A DNA stretch of 64,000 nt, taken from NCBI RefSeq assembly GCF_009914755.1, contig NC_060940.1. One strand, written 5' to 3'. The stretch comes from the human T2T-CHM13v2.0 reference genome, Homo sapiens. The notes beneath the pieces were generated by a model, which saw only the letters and a list, made by a program, of their open reading frames with translations, was not told the DNA's origin and did not search any database. Below, piece by piece: positions 1 to 14,457 of this stretch (position 1 is its first letter; each line of letters opens with the position of its first letter). The position numbers were made by a program, and so were the translations under genes.

Positions 1-535
1 AAGACAACAAATGGCCCAGACCCTTCAGGAATGAAGATTTGGGCTACCCCAGCAGATAAAGAACCAAAACTACCTGAAGTGCTTGCTGAAGGCAAGGAAA
101 ATACATAATGGGTAGTGGAAGAAGGTAGATATAAAGACCAGCTATGATCATGTGACTAGTTGCAGAAAGAAGGACTATAATTGTTGTGAATTTTCCTCCT
201 TATTTTGATATGAACATCTGTTGTGTGTGTATTTGTTTTTCTTTTTCTTCTCACTCTTATTCTCTTATCACATAACATAAGACATATTGACTTTATATAT
301 AGTGTTATAGTATTGTTAATTTGACACCATAGTATTTAAGTTATAGGATGGAAAGAAGAAGAGTAATTATCACTTAAGAACTTTACCTCTTCTTTTGGGA
401 AATGAGTTAATACATTCTGGTAAGCAGGATAGTTGTATCATGTTAGGTGGAATTATGACCTTATTATTGTCTTTATCTGGAGATTAATTGTGGCTTAAGG
501 GAATTTGTGTGAATGCCGAGTTGATGAGGTGGACT
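1..535 (+). mobile_element. ERVL (HERVL-type) internal region, 3' end: degenerate integrase tail and polypurine tract
   Basis: 'cccagacccttcaggaatgaagatttgggctacccca...gaagtgcttgctgaaggcaa' resembles the end of ERVL pol. PPT-like 'gaggtggac' directly precedes an MLT2 LTR. Confidence 0.7.
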
Positions 536-753
536 TGAGAAAGCTGATTGCATATTTCAACTTGAATGAATCAGGGAATGCACAGATATCTGGTTAAACA
601 TTCTTTCTGGCTATGTTCATGAGGATATATCTGGATGAGATGAGTGTTTGAACCAGTGGACTCAGTAAAGTAGATTACCCTCCCCAGTGTGAGTTGTCAC
701 CATCTAACCTGTTGAGGGCCTGAACAGACAAAAAGGTGGAGGAAGGAGGAGCT

Positions 754-794
<41 letters not shown>

Positions 795-1532
795 CTCACT
801 GCTTGAGCTGGAACATCTCATCTTTTCCTGCTCTTAGAATTGGATTTTTGCTCATTTTTTTGTTTTTATTTTTTCTTTTTCACATAATTTTTCTTTTTTC
901 TTTCATTATGTTTCATTATTTGGTTGTATCACAATTAGTCTAATATCTCCGGTATTTTGGCGGGCACATACTTTTCTGAGATTCTTCCTACAAAACCAGA
1001 AGGCATCTACAAATGGTAACACTGTGAACTGTTTCCTTTCATTTGCTTTTTAAAATTTCTGCTTTTATTTTAGATTTAGGAAGTGCAGGTGCAGGTTTAT
1101 TACAAGGGTATATTGCATGATGCTGAGGTTTGGACTTCTATTGATCCTGTTGTCCAAATAGTGAATGCAGTACCCCAGAGGTAGTTTCTCAACTCTTACA
1201 CCCTTCCTTCCCTTCCTCCTTTGGAATCCCCACTCAGAGTGGGATTTATACCATTGGCTCACCTGGTTCTCAGGCCTTCAGATTCAGATTGAATTTCACC
1301 ACTGGACTTTTCTGGGTCTCCAGCTTGCAGATGGCAGATCTGGGACTTTTCTGTCTCCATAATTACATGAGCCAATTCCTCATAATACATTTTCTTATAT
1401 ATATTTATATATGATATTTATTATATTATTTATATATGACAGGATATATACATATATATGTGTGCGTGTGTGTGTGTGTGTACAGATGCATGTTTTCTAT
1501 TGGTTCTGTTTCTCTGAGAACCCTGACTAATA
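536..1532 (+). mobile_element. MLT2-family LTR (3' LTR of the ERVL), interrupted at 848-1232
   Basis: MLT2 motifs 'gagggcctgaacaga', 'ggttctcaggccttc', a (TA)/(TG) tract and terminal 'ctattggttctgtttctctgagaaccctgactaata'. Confidence 0.8.
1063..1232 (-). mobile_element. Truncated L1 3' end (L1PA15-17/L1PB-like)
   Basis: Antisense L1 3'UTR 'gtgcaggtttattacaagggtatattgcatgatgctgaggtttgg'. Confidence 0.8.
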
Positions 1533-2009
1533 AAAATCTGTTATCATCTTTGTTATAGACACTAAGTATTTTGTTCATTTGGGCCTCTTTGGTCATAAGG
1601 TACAAAGCAATCTAACAAAAATATATTGCCCCTCAGAAAAGAATTTATATTAGGAGTTTACTGAGGTGTGCACCAGTTTAACTGGCCTCAGGAAGACCTG
1701 GAGCCCAGGACACAAACGGCCGCATGTTTTGAACCTAGCTCTTTTAAATTTTGGCTAGAATAATAGAGTAAATAATAGGGCAGAGTACTGTGTATCTGGC
1801 TGATGTTTTCTTCTCAATACCTCTCTGTGCTATCCCCAGCCCTTCATCTCCTGCTAACACACTTTTTGTGCCAACATTTAGATTTCAATTGGGTTACAGC
1901 AATAACCTTGAAAGGGAGGCAGTGACCATAGCAGTTCACAGTATTACCATTTGTAGATGCATTCTGGTTTCATAGGAGGTAAGAATCTCAGTAAATTACA
2001 TGCCCCCAA

Positions 2010-2330
2010 AATACCAGAGAGGTTAGACTAATTATGGTACAACCAAATAATGAAACATAATGGGCCCTTCAAAATCATGGATGGAGAATTCAAAATGACA
2101 TAGGAAAATGTTGATGATATAATTTCAGCAAAAATTGAAGGGCAAGAAACTGCATAACCTGTATGATTCCAATTACATTAAAAATGAAGACATCCACCTG
2201 AAAAATGAATATAAGCTTAATCATGATTATATGTAGACTGTAGATTATAGATGATTCATAGTTCCCTCTGAATATCTTCCAAGATTTCTGTGGGGGAACA
2301 TCTATTAATTTTTATAAAAATAAAATCTAA
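2010..2330 (+). mobile_element. Old L1ME-type 3' fragment
   Basis: Degenerate 'aattatggtaca...gacataggaaaatg...tgtatgattccaatt' pattern. Confidence 0.45.
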
Positions 2331-4902
2331 AAGCAAAAAGTATAAATATGAATCTATTAAATAAGTGTAAATTTTGATTATGAGGACTACAAAACTTAAC
2401 ATATGTGAAAGTCTTAAAAGAGTGACTAGCCCACAGTAGGTGCTCAGTAAATTCCCTTTTCTTTTAAAATTTTTTCTGTTCAGTACTGAGCCTTTATATG
2501 AAAGAATCCATCTAGGATACTGCATACAAAGGCCAAATTGACATGGAATAAAATTTAAGCCAATAAAATAAGAATGAAATGTGTCATAGAGAGGAAAAAA
2601 CATTTTATGGGTTGGAGTAGCCTCTGAGGTGACTTTTAAACTCCAGGTTTTCTTTGATTCCGTAATCTACTCCAGTATAGTTCCATTAAATGTAGCATAA
2701 TAAAGGGAATAAAATTTACATCTAAATTCACAATAGTGTATGTGTTTACATGTTCTCCAGGCTAATTGCCATTTCTGAACATCATTTAATGTGGCAATAC
2801 TCTTTAAAGCAGAATTATAACTTCACATATAAACTTTTCCCATGAGGTTAAGGCCAAAGTATTAGAGTCTCCCCTGGTCTTAACTTATAGATGTCTAGAT
2901 TTGAGAGTAAGTAAATGTTCTTCAATGTAAAATACAATTGAAGCCATGTGGTGGAAATATTTCCTCTTCAGTTTTCTTTTTTTCTAAAGTTGTAAACTCT
3001 TTGCTAGTTCGTTGTTCTGTCAGGAGTTTCTTTTCTTTTTGCTTTTAATTATCCTCGGCTTTTGTTTAACAGGTCTCATGTATGTATTGGATCTATGCCC
3101 CTCTCCTCCACACACCACTTTGCTTTCTTAGCTGTGAATTCGATGCAGTTAAAGTCTGCTTCAATGTACCAATTACCAGCATTTAAGATAAAACCAAGCC
3201 ACAGATTATACAAATGAAAGGAGAAAAAAAAATAACAGCACTTTGTATAAACAAGGGCAGAGAGACAATTTGTTCTAGTCAAGGATAAATAAAGTTAAAC
3301 TCTACCCAAATTACCACGTGTCAAGCTAATCAAGGAAATGTTCCTTCAATGCTGTTGTGCAAAAATAATTGAAATGACATTTTATAAAATCTGGCAGAGG
3401 TAAATGTTTTTTAAAGCAGGGCTGCAAACTTTCAGATATTTCAGCTCACCCTAAGAGCTATTTGTATTGTGTGCTCGACTGAAATAATTGGAGAGCATAG
3501 CTTCAAGATGGGTTTTTTCTGCTTGAGAGAATCAGGGCCATCTCTTGGGGTTCGAAAGTAAACCCAGGTATGTTAAAGGGACCTCCCAAATCCCTGAGGG
3601 TATCCTCATGAGAATCACTCAGTTACGTGTTTTTGTTTTTTGGTTGTTTGTTTCTATCCCTTCATATTATCCTTCAACGTGCTCTTTGTGAAACCCATTT
3701 ACCTGCTGTGTTTTCTTGCATATTGTACATGAAATCTTGGTAATAAATCAACTTTCTTGAAAGAGTTTGTTCAAGTCTTATTCAGAAATTAATTTTGACT
3801 TTTATTGGGGCAGTTATCAAGTAGAAAGACTAGAAAAGGTGAATAACATATTCATTCTTTTTGTTCCTCATTCTATTCTTTTCTGAGGTCAATATTGCTT
3901 AATGTTATAAAATGAAAGTTCTACAAATCACAATTGCATAACTGTCAGGCACCTTATTAAATTTCATTCAATCCCATATCAGTTCTTAAGGGACCATCAC
4001 TATCTTCCAATTTACACAAAAATTGAATAAAAACTGATCAAAAATTTATGGGAATGAAAAGTCATCCTAAATTTGATCTACTATTGCTGGAGAGAAAACT
4101 AGGCCAAGAAGTTTAGCCTATTAGGCAGAGGGGAGCCATGAACGGCTTGTGAACAGAGGAGTGACATGATTAAATCTGGCAGTGACATACAAAATTGACC
4201 TTTGATCATTGCTTACACTTTTTTTTCTTTATTATAAAGGCATAAAAGGTATTGTAACAAGGCAAAGCATTCAGACTTGGGAAGTTAAATCCCGGTGCAG
4301 ACATTGTTCACAAAATATTCACGGAGTCTTTTATATTTTCTAGGCATCCCTGGAGTTGAGTAACTAGTTCTGGCTGCTGGTCTCCAGGTGACATGTGTCA
4401 CGTTTGAGCTAAGGTAGGAAAGAGCTAATGTGTCTCCTCCATCCCTTTCTCCCACTCACTGGTAGCATTGGAGGCCAATGGTTGAGTTACAGGGTCAGGA
4501 GATTGAAGCTGCTGGTAGCAACCAGAAGAAGTAGAGTTTTCCCGGAACAATGTCCAACAAGAAAGATACAGCCATTCTGGAGATCAATTTGGCAGTTAGT
4601 AGTGAAATTAAGAATGACATGATTATGGATTAGCAATCCCCACTTCTGGTTATTTGCCTTGTTAAAAAATATCATACAGGTCTATTAAAAAGAAGTGTCC
4701 AAGATCATCAGATTTCCCCTTCTTCCCCTGCTGACATGCTTTTTGTGCTGAACTTTAGATACCACTTGCGGTACAGTGTATTTATGGTAATGAACAATTT
4801 GAGGTGATCTATGTGTTCATTTCTGGAAAAATAAGTAATATAATCAGTAAGCTAGATACATATAGAAAAATGGATAGATTTTAAATATACCGTATAGCAT
4901 AG

Positions 4903-5095
4903 ATTTTATTATTTGTATAAATTTACGGGGGACAAGAAAAGTTTTGTTACATGGATATATTGCATAGTGGTGAAGTCTGGACTTTAGTGTAACCATCACC
5001 TGAATAATGTATATTGTACCCACTAAGTACCTTCTCATCCAACACCCCCACCCTTCTGAGTCTCCAGTGTGCATCATTCCACACTGTATGTCCAT
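4903..5095 (-). mobile_element. L1PB-type 3' end fragment
   Basis: 'gttttgttacatggatatattgcatagtggtgaagtctggactttagtgtaaccatcacc'. Confidence 0.75.
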
Positions 5096-7342
5096 AAATG
5101 CATAGTTTTGAATTATAAATTAAGAAACAGCCAAGAACTGTAGAATAGCATCATTTATATAAACTGAAAACACAAAAACACACATGTACAATAACATGAT
5201 ATGTTTTACAAGGTTACATATATGACCAAGATGATGAGCAGGAAAGGGAAAGGAAATGGACACTAAAAATTAAGCAAAAAATATAAATAAAAAGTAAAAC
5301 AAGAGAAGGGCTTTTCATAGAACAATTGAGAAATATGTTTAACTCAGCTTTGTAAATCTGAGGTGACAACAAAATTAGAAGGAAAAAATAATTACCTGTC
5401 CACTTCAAATTCCACCTTGTGATATATCCACGTTAATACAATGGTGAGCTTCGTCCTATGCTGTGTTCACAACACCACCTTAGATTCACCTTTGCATAAG
5501 CCTATATTATCTCAATTGTTGGGATATATCTTATTATCAACATGACCTTGGTCAGAGATTCATAAAACATCAGCTGAAAACTTTCTTAGCACCTAGTCTA
5601 AATAACCTCATTTTACCTAATGCTGACTCAAATAACTGAAATTACTTTTTCAAACCAAAAGAAAAATTCAAGGGTCAGGGTCAGCATTGAAGGTCAGATC
5701 TCCCATATCCCTAATCAGCACTATTTCCATTATGCCCTGTTACACATAAGAATATGGGGAGTGTCTGAAAAGATCAAAATAAACATGATCAATCTAAATA
5801 CTAGACTAATTCATGTTATACCAATTATGCCTGCCACTTGAAAAATATATTTTAAGATGATTTTTCAAGTACTCAGGCAATATTTACAGAGAAAACTGTG
5901 ATGGTATTAGAGGCTAAGCTGTTGATTACAAACAGGTGAATTTTCGGCTTTATGTAATTTGCTTAGAGGCAGCAAAATGAGTTGAAGTGGAAACAGTCCA
6001 CTCTCTGGCCCTATTCATCCTTGTGGAATTTGATCCCTATGTTCAAGTAAAAGAGAGCTCTTTAGCTCTCATTCAGCATTGTCATTATGTTGGTTCAAAC
6101 AGGAAGTGTAAATAATTAAGAAATTTTAAAAGTGTCCAATTATAAGTGCATTCAAAAACTTTTCTCTCCCTAAAAGGTATATCTACTGGAATTTTAATCA
6201 GAGAAGACAGACATTTTAAGTCTTTTTTTTTTAAGACTTTTTTTCCCATAGTATTCAGTCTCTGGAATATCTCCAAGAAAATTTGCATACTATATAGAGA
6301 TGAGATAGATTCAAAGAGTGGGGAGAATTAACTCCTGAAACTGCTACTTCCCCAAGTCTTTCATTGAAGGTGACTTTGATGATGGCCAGCATATATGTAA
6401 GATAAACCATAATGTGTATTGCCTTGGTAAGCCAAATTGAAAATGTATATGCTCTTTAGGGATTTTATATAGGTGTAATCTCCATATTCCCATATAAATT
6501 TGCAAATATAGATTATTTTGAGTAACACTAAAGTCTTTATAAACTCATGTCAAAGAATAAAAGAAAAATGATAACAGATAATGAAATCACACGACAACAG
6601 ATGAATTCGACCTCATAATACTGTTGTCTGTATTCTGTATTTCAGTCTAACCTTTGATCTCGACTTCTATGGTCATATAAGTACCATACATTTTAACTTT
6701 TTTATCTGAAATAAATCTTTTTGCTAAGAAGTCCAGAAGTAGAATAAAATCATTTAATATCTTGCTTGATCAAATAATGTTATTTAAATGACAGTTTTTC
6801 ATGTTGGTACGAGAGTGCGAAGTTGATATTTTTTGTGAGATTGTAAATTGATATAATTCTTATGATCAATTATGTATGTGAGTTAAAAGGTAATTTTTAA
6901 AAATCAATTTTATGTCTACCAGCTGTGTGACCTTGAACGTATATTGGTCTTTGTGAGTTGACTTAATTATACAATACCACTACCCCGAGAGCTAACATAT
7001 ATTGTACAATTACTGGGTTAGAATTATACTGAGAGGCTTATACGTCACACTAGAACTGTGCAAGGTAGGTGTGATTAGCTGCTTTGAGTTTCAGTTTATC
7101 TGTAATGTAGGGAAAATTAAGTTATCCACAGTCTCATGAGTAGCCAATGGCAAAACCAGGAATTGAAGCCAAGTCTGTTGTGCTATACTTTTGGGCACTT
7201 TTCACAGCATACTATACTGCCTAAGGTTTGTCCTTTTCCTCAGCCTTCCGTGTCAAGGACATCCCAACCTTGTGGGCTCTGTGGGCTGACATTGGTGCAT
7301 TATTTCTTCTTCCTTCCCATATGTGTTTGAGCTTCCTTCTAA

Positions 7343-7837
7343 TGTTACCGAAATGCCAGGGTTTCAGTCTAGATCTTGTTGCTTGCCTCACAGAAAGCCA
7401 ATTACTGAAACAATGAGTATTGCCAGGAAAGGAGACTTTATTTGGGTGCTGCAGCTGAGGAGAACAGGAGATCAGTCTCACAGCTACCTCCCTGATCAAC
7501 TACAGTTGTGGGGTTACATAGAGGGTAAGGAATGTAACTAAGTATGGAAAAACAGGAAGTAGAGAGGGGTAAGGAAGTTGAGTTGGCCAACAGGAAGTAG
7601 GTGGTCAGTTAGGCAATCGTGGCAGGTGAGAGGTCTGCTATCTCATTGTCCAGATGCAATGATCTGGTGAGTTTCAGTTCCTTGATACTCTCTGGAAGGC
7701 CTCATGGTTGGTTTCCTGGGAAAAAGGTCAAGTAAGATAAATGCAAGTTTCAAGCTTTAAGACTAGAAGGGTCAATTCCTATGTTTATTCAAGAAAACAG
7801 TAAACATCAGTTCTGTGGGACAATTGGGCTGGTTTCA
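7343..7837 (-). mobile_element. ERV1 solo LTR, MER31-like
   Basis: TG...CA ends (tgttaccgaaa...ggtttca), near-perfect 4-bp TSD ctaa/ctag, minus-strand AATAAA at about 7437. Confidence 0.7.
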
Positions 7838-8354
7838 CTAGTATACTAATTTAGGTCAAGGACAACTAGATTTTCATCTATTTTTTTCTCTTTCCTTTTG
7901 AGATTTTGGAAGAAACAACAACAAGAACAACAAACCCAACAGTCTTTTCAAAACGCAAATCTGATTATGTTACTATCCCATGGTAAAAGTCATTAAGTGG
8001 CTTTTGATTGCTCTCAAATAGTCTAAAATACTTACCAAGGTTTTCAAACTTTGCTTGATCAGACCCCCTGCCATCTGCCTGGGCCCTCCTGCCCCACACG
8101 GTACTCTGAACTCTGATGATCCACACATCTTCCATTACAAGTCTTTTACAAGCACTCTCTCTTTCCTTGGAGAGATTTCTCCTACTCTTCACCTATTCAC
8201 TTTCTTAAGCAAATGTTTTCTCTTATATAGCCAGTCAGTTTGCATGGTTAAATGTTTGAAATTAAAAGCACTGCATTACTTCCTTGCACTGATCTCAGTT
8301 CATAACGTTTTCTGTGCATTTGTTGACTATCACACAAAAAATCCACACCACCAT

Positions 8355-9641
8355 TCTATTAATTAGGGTTTTCCAGAGAAACAGAAACAATGGGAACTAT
8401 ATATATCTTTAAAAAACAATTTTATGTCTACCAGTTGTGTGACCTTGAACATATATCACATATAATATATAGAGAGGGGTTTTTATTTATTTATAAATTT
8501 CAGTTTCTATTTTAAATATAGGGGGTACATGCATAGGATGGTTACATAAGTATACTGGACCCAGGCAGTGAGCACAGTATCCAATAGGTAGTTTTTCAGC
8601 CTATGCTCCCTCCTTCCCTCCCACCTCTGGTAGTTCCCATGTTTATTGTCCCCATGTTTATGTCCATGTGTGCTCAATGTTTAGCTCCCACTTAGAAGCG
8701 AAAACATGTGGTATTTGGTTTTCTGTTTCTATTTTAGTTTGTTTAGGATAGTGGCCTCAAGCTCCATCCACGTTGTTGCAAAGCATATGATCCTGTTTTT
8801 TTTAAGGCCGCATAGTATTCTATGGTGTACATGGACCACATTTTCTTTATCTAGTCTACCATCGATGGACATCTAGGTTGATTCCATGTCTTTGCTATTG
8901 TGAATAGTGCTGCAATGAACATACGCATGCATGTGTCTTTTTGTTAGAACAATTTATTTTCCTTTGGGTATATACCTAGTGTTGGGATCGTTGGGTGAAA
9001 TAATGGCTTTAAGTTCTTTGATAAATCTCCAAACTGCTTTTCACAGTAGCTGGAATAATTTACACTCCCACCAATAGTGTATAAACATTCCCTTTTCTCT
9101 GCAACCTTGCCAGTATCTGTTGTTTATTGGCTTTTGTATAGTAGCCATTCTGACTGGTATGAGATAGTATCTCATTGTGCTTTTGATTTGCATTTCTATG
9201 AGGGCCTTTACTAGGGAAATTGGCTGATGTGATTATGGAGGCTAAGAAGTTTCATGTGGTCAACCACAGAGAGATCCAGGGAATCATGGTCCAGTCTGAG
9301 TCCAAAGTCCTGAGAACCAGGGGGCCACTGGTGCAAGTCCCAGAGTCCAAAGTCTGGAGAAACTGTAGTCCTTATGTCCAAGGGTAGGAGAAGGTGAATG
9401 TCCCAGCTCCAGAAGAGAGGTCAAATTTACCTTTCTTGTGCATTTTGTTTCATTGGGGCACTCAGTCAGTTGGATAGTGCCCACCCACTTGGATGACGGC
9501 AGGTCTTCCTTACTCAGTCCACTGATTTAAATGTCAGTGTCTTCCAGAAACCCCTCACAGACACATCTAGAAATAATGCTTTACTAGCTATCTGGGTATC
9601 TCTTAATTCAGTGAAATTGACACCTAACATTAACTGTGACA
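8355..9641 (-). mobile_element. MLT2 solo LTR interrupted by an L1 fragment
   Basis: 'agggttttccagagaaacagaa' ... 'aaattgacacctaacattaactgtgaca'. Perfect 5-bp TSD accat (8350-8354 / 9642-9646). Confidence 0.85.
8480..9198 (-). mobile_element. Truncated L1 3' end (L1PA13-16-like)
   Basis: Antisense L1 3'UTR and ORF2 C-terminus ('ttccatgtctttgctattgtgaatagtgctgcaatgaac'). Confidence 0.85.
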
Positions 9642-9916
9642 ACCATTTTTGAGAGATGGAGAAGACGTCTGCATCTGGTCAAGATAGAATGGCAAGGACC
9701 AGATTTACCTACCCTTTCATCTGCAATAACCAAAAAAACTGGCAAATGTATGAAAAATGGCTTTGAAGATATTGAACTTCAGGCAATAAAAGAGAGTGAT
9801 TCCTGAGAGGTGGTAAACAAATGAGATGAGCCCCATCTCATAGAACAACCAGTGCCACTAGAGATCACAAAACACAAAACCGGAGAAGAGAAAGTTGCAC
9901 AAAGAAAGCACTCCAG

Positions 9917-10247
<331 letters not shown>

Positions 10248-11184
10248 TCAGCTGAGTACTGATTAGTGTATGCATGTGAGAAAACTATGTGATATTAGAG
10301 AAAGAACTACCTGAAAAGAAGAGAGGTAATAGCACTTCCTGATCACACAGGGTCAGGAATAGTGTCTGTTTCCACTACCAGACTGGAAAAGCACATGATC
10401 CATGAAGTATTTAGTAGAGTGCACAAAAGATTCTTGCATCAGTGGTGGGTAATAATTATCCCTGGACTGAGCATTGCTTCAGTACCATCTAATGATTATC
10501 AATGGCAAGATCCCAAAAGATCGAACTCCTTTGCAAGTAACTTAACTGCATTCAAGAACAAAGCTCAAGAATATTTGTAGGGAACACAAAAATATCCAGC
10601 ATCCGAGGTAAACTCTCAATGTCTGGTATTCGACAAATACTTATGAGGCTGGCAAAGAATCACAAAAATACTATTTATAATGAGGAGAGAATCAATCAAT
10701 AAAAAGCAACTCAGAACTGATATTATATATATCAGAATTATCAGACAAGAACATTAAAATAATTATTATAATTGTATTATATATGTCCTCAAGTTAATTA
10801 GACATACAGAAGACATAAAACAGATCCAGTTGAACATCTGGGGAGAAAACTGTGATGAATGAGATGAAAAATACACTGGAAGGGATTAACAGCATATTAG
10901 ACATTGTAGAAGAAAAGATTAGTAAACATGAAGACATAACAGTAGAAACTAAAAAAATAAAAAATGAAACAGATAAAACAATGAAAAATGAACAGGACAT
11001 CAGTGAGCTATAGGAAAACTTCAAGTAGCCTAATATGTGAATACGTGTATGACTGGAGTCCCTGAAGGGAGAAGAGGAGGTTGTTAGAACAAATAATGAA
11101 CAATTTTTTCCCCAAATTTGTTGAAAATTATAAGCTTACACTAAAGGGACTTCAAGCAAGCATAAGAACTATTAAGAATACTAT

Positions 11185-11496
<312 letters not shown>

Positions 11497-11582
11497 TCAT
11501 ATGTTTTATTCAAATTACTCAACACCAGTAATAAAGAGAAAATCTTTATTACTGGAGGAATGATGAGGGTGAAAGCACATTT

Positions 11583-11731
11583 TTTTTTTTAATTTTTATT
11601 TTAAGCTCTGGGGTACATTTGCAGGATGTGCAGGTTTGTTACATAGGTAAACATGTGCCATGGTGGTTTGCTGCACCTGTCAACCCATCACCTAGGTATT
11701 CAGCCCAGCATCCATTAGCTATTTTTCCTAA
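11583..11731 (-). mobile_element. Short L1PA7/8-like 3' end
   Basis: Poly-T plus L1 3'UTR. Perfect 13-bp TSD tgaaagcacattt (11570-11582 / 11732-11744). Confidence 0.9.
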
Positions 11732-13442
11732 TGAAAGCACATTTCTTATCTGAAACAATGAAAGTGAGGAAATGGTGAAGCAACATCTTTAAAATACTGA
11801 AAGAAAAGAAGTCAACCTAGAATTTTATATTCAGTAAGAATATTTAAAATGAAGGCACGTAGGCTTTTTTCAGACATCCAAAAATGGAAAGAATTGATCA
11901 CTAAGAGACTCTCACTACAGAAATGTTAAAGGAATTCCTTCAGGCTAAAGAAAAATGATACCAGATGGGAATATGGCCCTAGACAAAAGAAGGAAGAGTA
12001 CTGGAAATTGTGACTACATAAATAAATATAGAATTTAAAACTTCATTTTTAAATATCTTTAAAAGATCAATGACCATTCAAACAAAAACAGCCACATAGT
12101 GTGGGTTTATAAAATATGTAAAAGATATGACAACACTAGCACAAGGGGGAAGCAGATAACTCAGAGTATGATATTATAAAAATATTATACTGTATAGGAG
12201 GTGCTATAGGGTCACTTTAGGGTAGAATGTAATGAATTAAAAATGAATACTATAAACCTTAAAGCAACCACTAAAACTACTAAAATAAAAAGACAAAGAA
12301 TTATGGGCAGTAAACCAACAAAGGAGATAAAATGGACTTATAAAAATACTCAATTTATCCAAAAGAAGGTAGAAGAAAAGGAAAAAAAGAAACATGAAAG
12401 ATAAAACTAATGGAAAACAGGGTGGAGCCAAGATGGCCGAATAGAAACAGCTCCAGTCTACAGCTCCCAGTGAGAGCGACGCAGAAGATCGGTGATTTCT
12501 GCATTTCCAACTGAGGTACTGGGTTGATCTCACAGAGGAGTGCCGGACAGTGGGTGCAGGACAGTGGGTGCAGCGCACCATGCGTGAGCTGAAGCAGGGT
12601 GAGGCATTGCCTCACCCGGGAAGTGCAAGGGATCAGGGAATTCCCTTTCCTAGTCAAAGAAAGGGGTGACAGATGGCACCTGGAAAATCGGGTCACTCGC
12701 ACCCTAATACTGCACTTTTCCAACAGGCTTCACAAATGGCACACCAGGAGATTATATCCCGCACATGGCTTGGAGGGTCCTATGCCCACGGAGCCTTGCT
12801 CATTACTAGCACAGCAGTCTGAGATCAAACTGCAAGGCAGCAGCGAGCCTGGGGAAGGGGCGCCTGCCATTGCTGAGGCTTGAGTAGGTAAACAAAGCGG
12901 CCGGGAAGCTCGAACCCGGTGGAGCCCACCACAACTCAAGGAGGCCTGCCTGCCTCTGTAGGCTCCACCTCTGGGGGCAAGGCACAGGACAAACAAAAGA
13001 CAGCAATAACCTCTGCAGACTTAAATGTCCCTGTCTGACAGCTTTGAAGAGAGTAGTGGTTCTCCCAGCATGCAGCTTGAGATCTGAGAACAGGCAGACT
13101 GCCTCCTCAAGGAGGTCCCTGACCCCCAAGTAGCCTAACTGGGAGGCATCCCCCAGTAGGGGCAGACTGACACCTCACACGGCCGGGTACTCCTCTGAGA
13201 CAAGACTTCCAGAGGAATGATAAGGCAGCAGCATTTGCGGTTCACCAATATCCGCTGTTCTGCAGCCACTGCTGCTGATACCCGGGCAAACAGGGTCTGG
13301 AGTGGACCTCCAGTAAACTCTAAAAGACCTGCAGCTGAGGGTCCTGACTGTTAGAAGCAAAACTAACAGAAAGGACATTCACACCAAAACCCCATCTGTA
13401 CATCACCATCATCAAAGACCAAAGGTAGATAAAACCACAAAG

Positions 13443-14457
13443 ATGGGGAAAAAACAGAGCAGAAAAACTGCAATCTCTAAAAATCAGAGCGCCTCTCCTC
13501 CTCCAAAGGAACACAGCTCCTCACCAGCAACGGAACAAAGCTGGATGGAGAATGACTTTGACGAGTTGAGAGAGGAAGGCTTCAGAAGATCAAACTACTC
13601 TGAGCTACAGGAGGAAGTTTGAACCAATGGCAAAGAAGTTAAAAACTTTGAAAAAAAATCAGACAAATGGATAACTGGAATAATCAATGCAGAGAAGTCC
13701 TTAAAGGACCTGATGGAGCTGAAAACCACGGCATGAGAACTACGTGACAAATGCACAAGCCTCAGTAACCGATGCGATAAACTGGGAGAAAGGGTATCAG
13801 CGATGGGAGATGAAATGAATGAAATGAAGCATGAAGAGAAGTTTAGAGCAAAAAGAATAAAAAGAAATGAACAAAGGCTCCAAGAAATACGGGACTATGT
13901 GAAAAGACCAAATCTACGTCTGATTGGTGTAACTGAAAGTGACGGGGAGAATGGAACCAAGTTGGAAAACACTGCAGGATATCATCCAGGAGAACTTCCC
14001 CAATCTAGCAAGGCAGGCCAACATTCAAATTCAGGAAATACAGAGAACACCACAAAGATACTCCTCGAGAAGAGCAACTCCAAGACACATAATTGTCAGA
14101 TTCACCAAGGTTGAAATGAAGGAAAAAATGTTAAGGGCAGCCAGAGAGAAAGGTCGGGTTACCCACAAGGGGAAGCCCATCAGAATAACAGCTGATCTCT
14201 CGGCAGAAACTCTACAAGCCAGAAGAGAGTGGGGGCCAATATTCAACATTCTTAAAGAAAAGAATTTTCAACCCAGAATTTCATATGCAGCCAAACTAAG
14301 CTTCATAAGTGAAGGAGAAATAAAATCCTTTACAGACAAGCAAATGCTGAGAGATTTTGTCACCACCAGGCCTGCCCTAAAAGAGCTCCTGAAGGAAGTG
14401 CTAAACATGGAAAGGAACAACCGGTACCAGCCGCTGCAAAATCATGCCAAATTGTAA
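13443..14457 (+). pseudogene. Disrupted L1 ORF1p
   Basis: ATG at 13443, in-frame TGA at 13620 and 13734, frameshift near 13970. C-terminal ...RYQPLQNHAKL. Confidence 0.9.

Noticed and set aside
757-792. 36-nt poly-T run as a retro-insertion
   Set aside because: It falls on a short T-tract native to MLT2 and has no convincing TSD, so slippage expansion is simpler.
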